DNA of 64,000 nt from Patellaria atrata CBS 101060 (lineage: Eukaryota). The notes under the pieces are model-generated. The model was not told where the DNA came from. It saw only the letters and a program-made list of their open reading frames with translations, and searched no databases. The stretch spans positions 434,001 through 498,000 of the forward strand of contig MU006091.1 of NCBI GenBank assembly GCA_010093705.1, given 5' to 3'. The position numbers were made by a program, and so were the translations under genes. This document shows, one piece after another, positions 1 through 14,171 of the stretch (positions are counted from its first letter, which is position 1; each line of letters opens with the position of its first letter).

Positions 1-3000
1 TCGATTACTCCTATAGATACCGCTATATCAAGATCTGGATCTCCACAGGCAAGTCCCGCCCGGCATTTTAGGATACCCAGCGGCACAAGTACACCAAGTA
101 TCGAAGCTCGTCAAACTCCGTATCTGCAGTCTACAACCCCATCTACAAGTTTTCCCGAACCTCGAAAGATTCCAGGACTAGACCGAGAGCCCATGAACCG
201 TCCATCGCAACATGCGGTTGCAGTCCCTCCACCTATCAATCGTGCCGGTAAGCCCAAGATATCGAATAAAGGCCCATCACCGTCCTCAACAAAGATAACT
301 GGCGGTAGTCTAATTCCAGAGAGGAGCAACGGCCAAACAGAGGACAGAGTTTCACCATTCAGCACACCACCAAGCAGCGATGAGGACTTCCGTAACATGA
401 AACCTACACCACCTTCAATTCATGATCAGCTAAAACCCAAACCGATTACGACGGCAAACCTGAAGCAAGAGAGCTATTTTGCACCACCTCCTGTGCATCA
501 TAGTGTGGCTGAGAAGCGAAATGAGCAGAGTAGCTATTTTCCGGCGAACGATGTGCAATTTCCTCCACCTCCTAAGCAAATTGCTAGTCTAAGATCAATG
601 GACAGCAGTGACCTACCTAGTGATCGGCCTGGCCTGCCACCAAGGCGCGACGCCCCAGTAGGTGGTGTAAGGCCGCCCAAGCAGCCCCCCGATCCCCCCC
701 CCCCAAGAAGATCCATGGATGTCGTGCGACCAATGATTCCTGCTTCTGAACCTACCTCGAAGATGATGCCGCCTCCAAGAAGAACTCAAACATTAAATGC
801 ACAGGTTTCAGCTGCGAGCTCCCCAGTTCTCTCTTCAGCCAAGTCATATTCAAGAGTATCGAGCGAAATGAGTCAAGAGCCATATCAGAGAGAACCGACG
901 AACTGGGATGAAAATGATTCGGATGATGAAGAGCCTCCATCAGACAAGTCCGTGCCCGCTTTGACTGATTATCCGGATTCGTCGCAGGCAAATAGAAGAC
1001 CCCCACTCTTCAAGGCAAAACTGCACGAGATAGCAACAAAGTACGACACCAAACTTTTCGCGGTATGCGGCGAGTACGTGTGTACCAGTGGTTTTGTCAC
1101 CAGGGTATGGAGCTTATTAACAGGCGAACTCTTGATGAGCAGCAGTCATGGAGATACGGTAAAAGTGACAGCTATTGCTTTCAGGCCAGCTCGCGATGTG
1201 TCCGAGGAAGGGAATAGAATATGGCTGGGAACAAATCTAGGTGAGATTCATGAAATCGACATCCCCACTCAAAGCACCATCGTGACGAGAGGGAATGCAC
1301 ATACGAGACGAGAAATACTCAAGATCTACCGCCATGCATCTGAAATGTGGTCCTTGGATGATGAAGGGAAATTACTAGTTTGGCCCCCGGATGAGACGGG
1401 GTCACCCAATCTTCAAGTAGCACCGTATACATCTCGAGTCCCGAGAGGACATACTTTCTCCATAGTGGCTGGCGGGAAATTGTGGATAGCCACCGGAAAG
1501 GAGATTCGGATCTTCCAGCGCAGTGGAGAATCACAGATCTTTTTTCCAGTCCTTGAAAAGAGTCTCGTGCAGCCTAATGTTGGCGATGTCACATCCGGGG
1601 CGATTATTAGTTCGCAATCTGACCGCATCTACTTTGGACATACCGACGGCAAAGTTACGATCTATTCCCGGAAGGACTACACTTGTCTCGGCGTCACAAA
1701 TGTAAGCCTTTACAAGATCAGTTCTCTCGTGGGAGCTGGTGACTATCTCTGGGCTGCGTATAATACTGGAATGATGTATGTGTACGATACTAGCAGCGTA
1801 CCGTGGAAGGTGAAGAAGGACTGGAGGGCCCATGAGGTTACAATAGCTGGATTGGTTGCAGATCGTTCAAGTATATGGAAGCTTGACCGCTTCCAAGTGC
1901 TTTCGCTCGGCACAGATAATTATATAAGAATATGGGACGGAATGTTGAAAGAGGATTGGCTTGGTATGGACCGTAACCGCCTTGAGCAAGCCCGCGCTAA
2001 TTGATTTACAGAAGATGATATGCAAAATCATGATGCTGATTTTTGCAGCTTCAGGGAAGTCACGGCACTCGTGATGACCTGGAATGCTGGTGCATCAAAA
2101 CCAACAAGTCTAAGGAACGACGAGCGAGATGCAAACTTCTTCAGGGATCTGTTGAAGTCCCAGGAACCTCCGGACTTACTGGTCTTCGGATTTCAAGAAC
2201 TGGTAGACTTGGAGGATAAGAAAGTGACTGCGAGTAAGTCATTAAACGAACAGCACATATTCACTTGAGGGTACATTTCGCTGATCTAGAAACAGAAAGC
2301 TTCTTCAAAAGCAGTAAGAAAAAGGATGCTTTGGAACAAGAGCACATGAGCCATCAATATCGGAATTGGCGAGACCACCTTATGCGGTGCATTGATGATT
2401 ACATGCCTAACTCGCAATACACTTTGCTGCGCGCAGCCAATCTTGTGGGATTGTTCTCGTGCATCTTTGTAAAGTCGTCTGAGAGAACTAAGATCCGAGA
2501 CGTGAACGCTGCAGAAGTTAAACTTGGCATGGGTGGCCTCCATGGAAATAAAGTACGTATTGCGACCCCTTTTCCTATTTTGATGCGAATTTTGATACGT
2601 TACTAGGGCGCTCTTATGGTGCGGTTCATTCTAGATGATAGCTCGATCTGCTTTATCAACTGCCATTTGGCAGCTGGGCAAACTCAGACGGTGCATCGAA
2701 ACAACGATATCGCAAGTATCATGGAGTCAACCGTCTTCCCTCCCCAGGTTGACAGCTCTCTGAGATCAGATATCTTTGTCAGCGGTGGAGATGGTTCTAT
2801 GATCCTCGACCACGAAATCTGCATCCTGAACGGAGACCTCAATTATCGCATCGATGCTATGCCCCGAAACACCGTAATCAATGCAGTACGGGAGAATAAC
2901 CTGGGTAAACTACTAGAACGTGACCAGTTGTTGCTCTCTAGAAAGCGTAACCCCGGCTTCCGCCTCCGTGCTTTCCAAGAACGCGAGATTACCTTCGCTC

Positions 3001-3427
3001 CGACGTACAAATATGATGTTGGGACAGATAGATACGACACCAGCGAGAAGAAAAGATCGCCAGCATGGTGCGACAGACTATTGTATCGCGGTATTGGGAG
3101 AATCAGACAGTTGGACTACAGACGACATGAAGTCAGGGTTTCGGATCATAGACCGGTGACGGGCAGGTTCCTGATCCGAGTGAAGACGATATCGGAAAAG
3201 CATCGGTATGCAGCAAGGGAGGCTTGCGAGCAACGGTTCGAAGAGTTGCAGCAGCGGATTGCAAGTGATATCAAGTAAGTGTGACGTATACTCTCACTCC
3301 GCAGCGTGTCGCAGTTACGGTATTCTGTAGTAAGCTCAATACACTAACGCGGGATCATAGGCTTGATTATCTCATAAACGTCTTCGGTATCGTGCCCAAA
3401 GAGGCGCAAAAACTGTTATCACAGTAG
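1..3427 (+). CDS. Inositol polyphosphate 5-phosphatase with Pro-rich N-terminus and WD40-like propeller; 5' end lies outside the window
   Basis: Frame is open from base 1. Introns 1964-2011, 2234-2295, 2553-2606 and 3275-3360 (GT..AG) join the ORFs in frame. IPPc motifs TWNAG, GFQELV, HGNKG, NCHLAAG, GDLNYR, PTYKYD, PAWCDR and SDHRPV are present. Stop TAG at 3425-3427. Confidence 0.93.
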
Positions 3428-3784
3428 TCCGGGTACTTTCGTCACCGGTTCAGGAGAAGCAAAAGGGTTTAGATATCCAGTATTGGGCGTCTTTGGTCAT
3501 CTTGGTGCATTCATAGGGTTTTTAATTGTTACAAATTTCCTTCTAGTGTTAGTTCGTACAGTACCTAGGTAATTTGTGTGTGTGAGGTGAGGTGTTTTTG
3601 ATGAGGTGCATTTGCAAGGCGTCTGTGGCACATTGCATTGGCAGCCAAGCGTCATAGAACTACATCGCGATGACGTCGTCTGATCTTCTACTGCCCTCTT
3701 CGCGTTCTGAGCGTTTGACAATTTATTAGAACTAAACACTCCTCCACAACCTCGCTTTCTCAATTGACGGGCTTCTAGATTCTC

Positions 3785-4707
3785 ATGTCTGTGAAGATTG
3801 TCGCTGCTGCATCTTCTCAATCATTCAGCATTCTAGCTAATAAGTTCTTGCACTGCAGACCTCACTCTCTCGTCATTTCGCAAGCTACGAGTACACTCTA
3901 CAAACCCGTAATCAGATACCCCAACCTTTCAGCAACTGCCAAATTTACAACTGCTCAAATTATGGATCAAGCTGAAGCAAGGAAGGAGACCACTGAAGGT
4001 CCCAACGAGTGGAAGAAACGAGCTCCATATAGGATTCACGAACATGATTTCAAGGCACTATATGAGGCATCGTGTCACTGTGGAAAGGTCAAATATCAGT
4101 TGTCGAGGCAGGAACCGTTAGATAGCAAGTTGTGTCATTGCACGACCTGTCAGACGCAACATGGTGAGTTACCCGTCGTCTTCTCTTATTGAGCTTTCTC
4201 ATGATTCAGTTTCTTATGACCAGTCCTAATCCATTTTAGCTGCACCCTTCCAATGGGCTGCTATTTTCCACAAAGAAGATATCAACTTCACCAACGGCCA
4301 CCACAACCTAGAATGGTACGATCCTACCTCGAAATCAGTTGAGCACAAGTTGCCATGCAAAGTTCGATGTGCGTACTGTCATTCGCCCATCATGGATGAG
4401 GGCAGAAACATGATCCTATTGTTCCCTTCGCTCATCAAGCTGGATGCAAAGGGGAAGCATTTCTTCAAACCTAGGTAAGTCTCACCTCAGCATCATTCAT
4501 TCGAAGCGGTAGGTCTAACGTTTGACTAGGCATCATATGTTCTACGGTCAGAGAGTCATGGATATCCCGGACGGTCTACCAAAGTGGACTGGCCTTACAG
4601 AGGAGAGTGACTTGATCGAAGACTCGCCTCCAGAGCTGGTGAGGGAGCTTGAGCGGAAGAGGGAGGCTGAGAGGCAGAAGAAGTTCGAGAAGGGGGAGAA
4701 CAGATAG
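3785..4707 (+). CDS. GFA/CENP-V (Mss4-like) Zn-binding protein
   Basis: SCHCGKV, CHCTTCQ and CAYCHSP Cys motifs plus HMFY. Introns 4164-4239 and 4475-4529. Alternative in-frame ATG at 3962. Confidence 0.88.
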
Positions 4708-5688
4708 TTGCTCTAAGGACTTGCATACTACCTTAAGATGGTAAATGGCGTTAATGGTCAAGGGTAGAGGGAGCGGGTATTACGAAGTAGATTATCGACA
4801 ATCTTGCATCCAGCCATAGTTTTCTTGCCAAATATTTGTGACAGCAGCTGGATTCATGCGTGACTGAATATATCGAACGTCACACTTTGTGTCGCATCGA
4901 TCTCTGTTTGTCTCGCTCGCATTGAGTCTCGGAAGGTCAACAATAGAGAAACCCCCACAATAGCTCCTGAAGTCGTATTGTCCACATCATTATGAATTTT
5001 CGCCCATGACGACCTCACCTCAAGTTCTATTCCTCGTCCTTTCTTCGATCATGATCAACAACCACAACCCCGCTTTGATCGAGCCGATGTGCTGGTTATA
5101 AGAACTGATATCGCTTTTCCGAACTACCTACATCGACATCATCTGTCCTGATACTGTCACAATCCACTCCTTCGCAAGATTTTGAAAAAGGATTTTTACT
5201 CCCATTTTTTGATCGAGCCGAAGTTTTATACTTGGGTTGAAGATACCGTGCCGCAAACCCAGTAGGTATGTACCCGAAAGAGCGAAATACCTTGGATTAA
5301 CTTCGTTTCTGTTACAGCAGGGTATCAATTCTGCTATCTCAGGTACAACTGTACCTACCGTAGAGCGTATAACCGTCAGTTCGAAGCTTGTCAGTTGGGT
5401 GAAAGCTCCTTAGGGTTCTTCCTTTCCGGTCTTAGGTAAATTAGAAGTTGGGTAGAGGTCACGTGCGTACGGAAACCACGAACTTCCAACGCCCATCTCG
5501 TAACTGCATTTTCTCTTTACATCAACACAAGCAGACTTTCCCGAATCGGGATATTCCATAGAGATACCTAAAGTCATGCACATGTGCTACTATCTGGAGG
5601 TTTAATACATTAATTTGACCATGGAGTTTACCCGCAGCTCTCCAGGAGTTACACACGTTAGTCGGCTCTCATTCCGTCTGCAGAACGC

Positions 5689-8600
5689 ATGATGGCGAAG
5701 CGAAAAGGAGTCGCATATTCATCAAATTCCAGCAAATCTAAGAAACAGAAACGGAGACCAAATTCTAAACCGAAATCAAAACAAAAAGGCTTAGCCCAGG
5801 AAGGTCCACCAGCTGAAACTTATTACTCCGCGCGTTGCATTCTTGCTGAGGATATCAAGAGAGGGTATCTGATTGACTGGGAACCATCACCCGAAGGCAA
5901 GACGTACGAGCCCACTTGGGAGCCAAAGGAAAACGCAACTGACGCACTCATTAAAGAGTGGGAGTTGACGAAAGCTGCGAATACTTCCAAATCTTATTGT
6001 CCCCCCTCACGTGCTGCAAGGAAGAAGGCCCCAAGTGAAAGCCCCATCACTCAGGATAAGGGCTTATCCCCTCCGAGGCACATTCGTCTCAAACATAAGA
6101 AGTTTGTTATTGACAGTAGCTCCACTGAAGGGGACGAGGACCAAAACACGGAAAATTTCCCCCACATTGACACCGATAATACCACTGTTGATCCAACAAA
6201 AACATCTCCCAATCGGAGTCCTAGCCCTTTCACACAATTAGAACGTACCTCAGACGGTACAGCTAATAGTAGCCCATTATTCGAACCTGAGACTGTCCAC
6301 GAACGGCTGTTTCAGGAAAACATAGTCCAAATTAGCCAGCGTAGTCCCAGCAGGGAGGAGTTTGTGTATTATCCTGGTTCTGCTGCTCCGCTATACACTA
6401 TTCAATCCGAGCTAGAGAGCTCTCAAGGCACATCTCAACAGACCTCGGAGGTCCCGGCTGCTTTGGCTCGGGAAGGCGTTGTTCGAGATTCACAAAGCCT
6501 ACCGGGATCGTCCAGCTATATTCCCTCCACGCAAACAAAATCGGGTTCGGGAACCGCGACTGATACGCAGACTCAGACTCAGACTCAAAATCATACTCAA
6601 GAGGAGAGGATAATTTCCAGTGTTGTAGTTCAGCTTCCAGAAGACTCAGTTGAAAACTCATCCGTTCAGGTTCCAAATTCGACTGTTGTGATCCCGGAGA
6701 GTATAGAAGTCGAAGATTCGAGAGTTTCTGCAAGGCCAGAAACACATCCTTTTCCGCCTCAAGGAGCCTCTGCTAACTCCCCTCCCCCTGTTCCCGAATC
6801 CTCATTGCTCGCCGACGTTGACCGTCCAGATACGGGTTTCACACCGATCCGCCGTCTTAGCAGTGCAACTAAGGCAGAAAAAGAAGAACTAGGGAGATTA
6901 GAACAGTTAGAAAAGAACGCAGAGATTGCAACTCAGGTTCCTTCGCGACATCAATCTCCTACTGAGACATCCTCCCGGGCTCCTCAGGTTGGCCCTCCTA
7001 CGAGAGGTGTTCCTTCGAGTCGAGCGAGTCCCTTTGAAATCTGGGCGGATAGAGCTGTAAATACTATCGAGAAGACTACTGAAGACGTCGCTGAGAGAAC
7101 CAATTCGTTGGTTACGACTCAACGTACCTCAAGTGAGAATACGTCGCCTGATCGAGCACTTCAGGAAGTCCGCCAGTCAGCCCCAGAATATATCAATCTA
7201 ACTGACGGACCCTTTATTCTACATAATAGATCCCCTAAAGTCACTTTTGATTCAGACGATTCAGATCTACCAAGAGATTTAGACAATTCAACTGGGAGAG
7301 ATCTCGCACAATCGCGTCAACAAAATCAAGAAGCACAAGAGGTCTTCACTCCAATAAGCGCAGAAGAGCACTTTGAGTCACAGATTGCGTTCACTTCACG
7401 TGTAGAAGACGCTACCAACGGTTTTTTGCATTTGAGTGAAGATAACAACGATCTTGGCGGCACCTTTGGCAGTGAAAAACAGAATTCCCTTGAAGTTTCT
7501 CAGGATATCACTCTTGCCTCTCATTCAGACACTGCTCCCGCAACTAGTCATCTTCTCGTTGTTGAGAGTCATCTTGAAGCTGTCCCCGAAACCATTTCCA
7601 GCACCAGTCAAAACGCTACTTCCGGTGTGTCTTTCAACGCAACACGGGACACTACTCCTCGCGTGTATCTCAGCGCTCATCCTCACATTGAAACACTTCC
7701 AGACGCACCGCCTGTTGAACGAGAGCTGAACTCACCTCTTTCTAACTCAAGAGATCAAAGTTCGGCGTCTGCTACTGAAAATTCTTTTAGGACATCTACA
7801 CACCAGACATCGCAACCCGCAGACAAGGGGGCCCAGTCTACAGGATCTGAAACTAGGGATACCCCGGCAGTACCTTCACAGGAAACTTCAAACGGGGGGA
7901 TATTTCAAGAAGCGCAAGTAGCGGAGGACATTCATCTCACTGATAAAATCAGCACTACTGATAAGAGCACATCTCAAGAACAAGCTGGCTCGAAAGCGAA
8001 GAGTATCTCTTCAGTCGAACACTCAAGAAAGAGAAATTTTCATAACTTATTGAACCTCATCTTGCATCCCGACCCTAGTCTCTCACCGAAGGATAGGTCA
8101 AGGCCAAGGAACAGAAATATAAGACGAGAGGGCGCAAGACAGGCGAGCGTCCTACAAGACACTTCAAGTTCATCAATTCCGCAACTATTTACACAGTTGC
8201 CTGAAACTCTAGGAAGTAAACTTCCGCCATCTTTACCAATCTCTACGCAAGGTCCATCAACACCACCGAGGAGAATTATGAGTTCTCGACCCTCAACTGC
8301 CTCCGGGGAAACCCCTAAGAGAGACCGTCCGAAGGGAAGTATCAAGGAGAGGTGGGCAGAAATACAGCAGAGATCGCAAAAGAAGCTTGATGAAAAATTA
8401 GCAGCTTTGTATGCAACAGAAGTGGAACCAGAAACCGTCACGAGCGTGAAAGGCACAAATGCTATGAGTGCGACGCATAATGTAAAGCTGACGGTAGAAT
8501 CGCGTCCATTACCATTACCTATTTCAGAGACAAGGTCTCCCTCAAGGATTCCTGACAGATCGCCTTTACCTCCTGCGCATCCGCCTCAAACATCACTCCG

Positions 8601-10712
8601 TATTGCAACGGTGCCTTCTCTATCATCAGTTACCTACCTGCCGCAGGGTGGTCCGGATGAAGCAATGGAGGATGGTTTTATTAATGAGGATACACCCGCG
8701 CTCTCCGTGAATGAGTACATTATCCCTGTCGCAATGATAGGAAGCCAACAAGCACATTATCAACGCTCTATTCAATACAAGCGTGAGCTAATAGAAGTGT
8801 TCACGGCGAAACGATGGTCAACGAATTCGCCAATCGTTGCTGAGGCTAATGAGTTTCTGGTGAAGTTGAATAATATCGCAACACACTTAGACATAGACAA
8901 TCCTTCCGCAGCCACTTCAGAAGATGCTCCTCCAGTTCATCAAGCCAAGTGGGGCGAAGGGATGGGAAAGTTCCTTTTCCTTACGCATTTCTTTAAAGCA
9001 TTACGACAGCAAGATATTCATATCATCGTCATGGCCAAACCTGGTCGTACTCTAGATGTGCTCGAACGCTTCCTCTTGGGTAAAGACATTAGCTACGCCC
9101 GACCGGATAGCCTAAGGAGCAGTCAGTCGCAGTCAACACAAGATTTGCTAAGTGTTACTATCTTACCTACCGCTGGTGAAGAGTCTTCAGCCATTACAAA
9201 AGACGCTGCCGCAATCATTGCTCTAGACCAAAGCTTTGAAATTAATTCACGCAAAGTTCAAAGTTTGAGAAAGCACGGCACGATCGTTGACCAGCTAATT
9301 CCAGTCTACCGCCCCGTTGTAATGTACTCCGCGGAACATGCGATGATGTGCAAGCTTCCTGAACGGTCTATGAAGGATAATGTCGCCAAGTTAAGTGTAG
9401 TAATCAGTTGTGCGGCGCAGCTCAGACAGGAAGCTGGAAAATTGCCGCTAGACTATCCTGGAGCTGAACAATCGGCTACTATAGCAGCACGGCTCTTAAT
9501 CGATGGCTACGGGACTTGGTATATACCTTCGATAGGTGGTATTACACATAAGGTCGACCTCTCTGTTCCTAGCCCTGATTCACAGTTTTCGCCCATGAGT
9601 TCTTCTCTATCCATGGGGACGCAGGAACATGGTTCCGCGCAGAAGCGCTTGAGAGTGAGTCATCTCTGCACAACTATCTTTATACTTGCTAACGTTTCCA
9701 GGATGCTGAGGAGGCGGAGTCAACGAAGAGAACGCGCTTGACTCCTCAGCCAGGCACTCGAGAGGGAAATGATGTCTCTATTACACGGATCAGTGACACT
9801 GTCCTGGGATCTCAACCATCCAAAGCAGCTACCAGTAATGCCACCTCCAGTTCCTCCACCCCGCAATCTGTCGTTCCCCAAGAACTCGCACGCATCCGCA
9901 CCGCCCTCAAAGAAGCCGAAAAGCGCTCTACTGAAGCCGAGAAACGCGCGAATACAGCAGAAACTAGTCTGTTGGAGCATATCCGCCAAATGGAGCAACT
10001 TCAATTCCGCTACGAAGAGCGCGCCAACGACATCAAGAAAGCGAACACGGAAAAGCGAGAGGCGTTGAGCTTCAATGATGTCCTTAGACAGCGCGAAGAG
10101 CGCAAGAGCGAACTCCTTGCAAAAGCGAAACAGGAGACTGCGGACGTGAAGGAAAAGCTCAAAGCTGCAAATGAGGCCTTGCTCTCTAGCCAGGCTCCCG
10201 GACAAGCCGAATTCACGGCGCTCAAGGTCCGCACTGAAGTAGCGGAAAAGGGAATGAAGAAAGCGGAAGATAGGCTCAAGTCTACACAAAATGAGCTTGA
10301 GTACATCCGCACCCAATATCAGACGGCCTCCTCCGCAGCATCCGAACTTGCCTCCACCAAAACCGAGCTTATGGCCAAACTCCAGCAAGCCGAAAAGCTA
10401 GCGGCTGGTGAAGCGAGCAAGGTCAGACAGCTGTCGAACGATGGTTGGAGGGATCAGTATTTGAGGAAGATTAGAGAGCTGGAGGGTATGTTGAAGAGTA
10501 GAGAGGATCTTTGTAGGAAACTGAGCGAGGATGTGAGGAGGGCGCAGTTGGCGAGACAGGGGGTCGGTACCAGGCAGACTAGTGTACCGAGGAGTCCGAG
10601 AGTGAGCGGTGGTGGAGTAGGTGTAGCCTTCGGTGGGAATGGGGGCGTAGGGAGTAGGCAGGGGAGTCCGTTGCCGGGGATGAGTCGGGTGGATAGGTTG
10701 AGAGGGGAGTAG
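5689..10712 (+). CDS. Chromodomain + HDA1-complex subunit 2/3-like domain + C-terminal coiled-coil protein
   Basis: N-terminal YYSARCIL..YLIDWE..YEPTWEPKENA is chromo-like. EYIIPVAM...NIATHLD...GKFLFLTHFF..L..DIHIIVMA...LDVLERFLLG resembles the HDA2/3 helicase-C-like fold. Intron 9655-9701 joins the 324-aa coiled-coil ORF in frame. Confidence 0.8.
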
Positions 10713-11530
10713 GGGAATGTGTTTTGCCGGAAGCATATGGAATGGAGCGGGAGGATACTCAACGTAGCATTTCTGGCGTTCGTACTGATTCCGAATGGTA
10801 ATGAGTGGATGTATAGATTCTTGGATTGAGTCGATATGGGATCCAGTCCGCTCTCATACGTTATGGTAGATGTTTGGGTTGTCTTTGCCTTTTACGGTCT
10901 TTGAAGCGGAGATGCTTAGTTACAGTCTATCCATCCATTTCATTGGAAGATATATCAACCCTCGCCCTGTGTACGTGCTACGCTCACAGAAAAACTACTA
11001 GGAAATTGCAAATTCGGTATTACGAACTACCTCCATTAAAATTATCTATACGGTCAAGCCGTTACGCAGGGTGAGGAGTTCTCCTTTCGACGCGTACATC
11101 TACGGATTTTCTTTGTACAGTGGATTTCGAAGACGGATTGAATGATACAGCATACTTCACTTCCATCATAACATTGATAGGAAGAAAGTGATAATAGTGA
11201 TAGACAAATTAGGTTAGGCCGAGCCGCGCACGTTCCTATCGCATTGGTCCAAAGCACGCCCGTCGAAGCCCTGGGGATCCCGGGACCTACATAAGCTCAT
11301 CCTGTCTGTATATATTGGTGTTGCTGTAGTTCTATATAAACTTGTAACTTGACCTCTTTTCACGTCTTTGCGGGTTTGTGAGAGATCTTTATCGTGATTC
11401 TTTTGATATCTTCGCATTTGGTTGAAAAGAGCGCGTCAAGTTCTATCGTAGAACTAACGCACGAAACTATCATCTCTCAAACCACCACGTCCGTCTGGAA
11501 AGACTGGGAAAAGAATAAACAAACACCACA

Positions 11531-13257
11531 ATGCACGCCCTAATATGCACTCTCTGCCTTCTCCCTGCTTTTGTCTCCGCGATACCTCTTCTGTCCCCCG
11601 AGCGACGCCAAGGCCAGAGACAACTATCCCCGACTTTGCAGAATATGATGGAAAATGCCCGGGGAAGGGAACTTTATACTTATCCTACTGATTTGACGAG
11701 GGGAATCATTCCTGTAAGTTGGACTTTTTCTTTTTGGTTTCTTTTTAGGGGGTCCTGGAGGATTGGGATGGACCTAGGGGTTTGATTTGAGCGCACTTGA
11801 CGAGCACAGGAGGCTGAATCCGCCGTTTGGGGATTTTGTTGTACAAAGGCTGTATCTTATAAGCTGAGACAAACGGTACGAAAATTAGGGACAGCCGGCA
11901 GCTTCAACGGTAGCGTAAAATGGTCGGTTTGTACGGGGGGTATTTCTGTATTCTGGCTATACTGTACAGGCCAACGTTAGTAGAAAAGGGGGCTACAAAC
12001 GCGGTAACTATAGCAATACCCACGTATGCTTGTTCCGCTAGAGCGGCTGCGGAGCGGAGCGGAGAATTTTACTTCGCATGTTTGACTTTTAAGGGGTGTT
12101 AGGCTAACGAGCAGTAGAAACCATTTCACAGCCATAACGATTATTGGAGAGACGTTCCCTTCTATTCCGCTCTATCATATGGTGCCGTAAGCATTGAGGC
12201 GGACGTATGGTTGGTAAATGGCACGTTGTATGTGAGTCCGACCGTTTACTACGAGATTGAGTTTTATTTAAGCTTGATTTTCAGCTTAATACTTCGCTTT
12301 TGAGTCCCTTACAGTTGTCATTTCCTCTGATTGAGTCGAATTTAACTGTTCCTCTCCGCTATGTCGCCATGCAAACTTCAAGCATAGTAATTTCGTCAGT
12401 CACAAAAGATGTTTCTCTCCTAGTCATTGGAAATTGAGTCGCAACTGTTATTTGTCCTGATCTGGCTGTACCCTGGAATTGGGTCATTGATTCAGTTAGA
12501 CTAACAAGACTCAGGTTGGACATGAAGTCAGCGCTTTGACGACTGTTCGGACATTTGACTCCCTCTACATTCAGCCCATCCTTGACACCTTGAAGCGTCA
12601 GAATCCAGTCACACCCTTTGTGACAACAGACACGAACAAGTAAGCGTTCAGTCGATTGGTGAGGTATAGGGACCGTTCTGATGCTCCTGTAGTGGTGTTT
12701 TTGATACCGCTTCGTCGCAGACTCTGTATCTTTTTATCGACCTGAAAACCGCCGGTGAAGCTACATATCCAGTCGCCGTTTCAGCACTGCAGCCATTGCT
12801 TGAAGCAGGCTATCTGACTACTTTCGATGGTGACACGCTCAAGCCTGGACCCGTTACTGTCATCGGTACTGGAAACTCACCACGCTCAGTCGTTGAGTCT
12901 TTGGTACCTACTACACAGTTACCACGCTTCTACTTCTATGATGCCGAACTATCAAGACTCAGCAATGAATCAAACGTCACTGCGTCACTCTCCCCCTTCG
13001 CGTCAACGCCATTTAGCCGTACATTTGGCAAGGTGGTTGGAAAGGGCTTGAATGATACGCAATTGACTCTATTAAGGGAACAAGTTGGGGAGGCACATAG
13101 CAGGGGGATTGCAGCGCGTTATTGGGACCTTCCTGGTTATCCTATTGCAACAAGAAACGCAGTATGGCGGACGCTGCTGGAAGAAGGGGTCGACCTGCTC
13201 AATGTTGATGACTTAGAGGGTGCAGCAAGCTGGTGGCAGGGTGACATCTTTGACTGA
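11531..13257 (+). CDS. AIM6: AIM6-like PLC/GDPD-superfamily phosphodiesterase with signal peptide
   Basis: Spliced product reads [71 protein letters not shown]. Introns 11714-12117, 12232-12514 and 12640-12692. Hydrophobic N-terminus. Confidence 0.85.
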
Positions 13258-14171
13258 CCGTTATCACAGTCATTCCGTGACTTCAATCCAGTTCCTGTCA
13301 TAGCAATACCAATTCTACTCAGAATACCTGCATCTGCTCTGGCAAAGTATGACTCTTGTCTAGTATAAGTATGCCTCTCCTCTCCCTCCTCCCAGGCTTC
13401 TTCTCCAGACAGAAAAGCATACTTTGAACATCACTTTGAAGCCTCGCTGAACCAGCACCAAAAAACTTGTACTCCTTACTCTTGAAAGCTCCCTGTACGA
13501 TAATCTCCGCCCCCACTGTACTACCAGTACCATACCCTTGTGGTAGTGTGTACGCAGCCGTACTGTTGGAACCACCTGTACGCCTCCCATCCTGAATCGC
13601 TACCCGTACCATATACTGACCTATACAGCTTGTACGGTTACTCCCCCTTCTGGCCCCTGCCATACCAGCCTGTACAGGCACGTACATACCTGGTCTCTGT
13701 ACGGTCCTGGGGAGAATACCCAGTTTCTGTAGCGGAAATGCTGATTTAGTAGGACTGTACAGCTGTACCCCCCTGTGAAGGTAAGTTACCCCCTTTTTTT
13801 CCCAGGAGCACTTTCTGTACATAGGGCTAACAGTTATGGTGCAGTGCGAACGGTAGCAATTCTTGCTCTGTACCAGGACTTAGTGCGATTTGTAGATCAC
13901 ATCCTTCCCTTTGGCCCCTGACTACATCGCCTGTATGGGTATGTGTGGGACTTGTATATGAGGATGTTGTTGAACCTTGGAGACGCTGAAGATATGTGTA
14001 TGGAGGTGCTGACTAGGGATAGGCGATCCTGCAAGCCCCCTTTGCAACTACTATTTAAGACTGGTATTGTACAAGTAGACGGTATGTATTGATCCTAGTG
14101 CGGTTTAGAGTGTTATCCTTGGTGAGGGATTGGGTTGAATAAGTGGGATGTGCTGATATGTTTAGGCGAAT

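Noticed and set aside
9720..10388. 222-aa minus-strand ORF
   Set aside because: Shadow of the coiled-coil exon of the chromo-HDA2/3 gene.
13319..13822. 167-aa minus-strand ORF
   Set aside because: Lies in a GTAC-rich repeat-like tract with no recognisable protein features.
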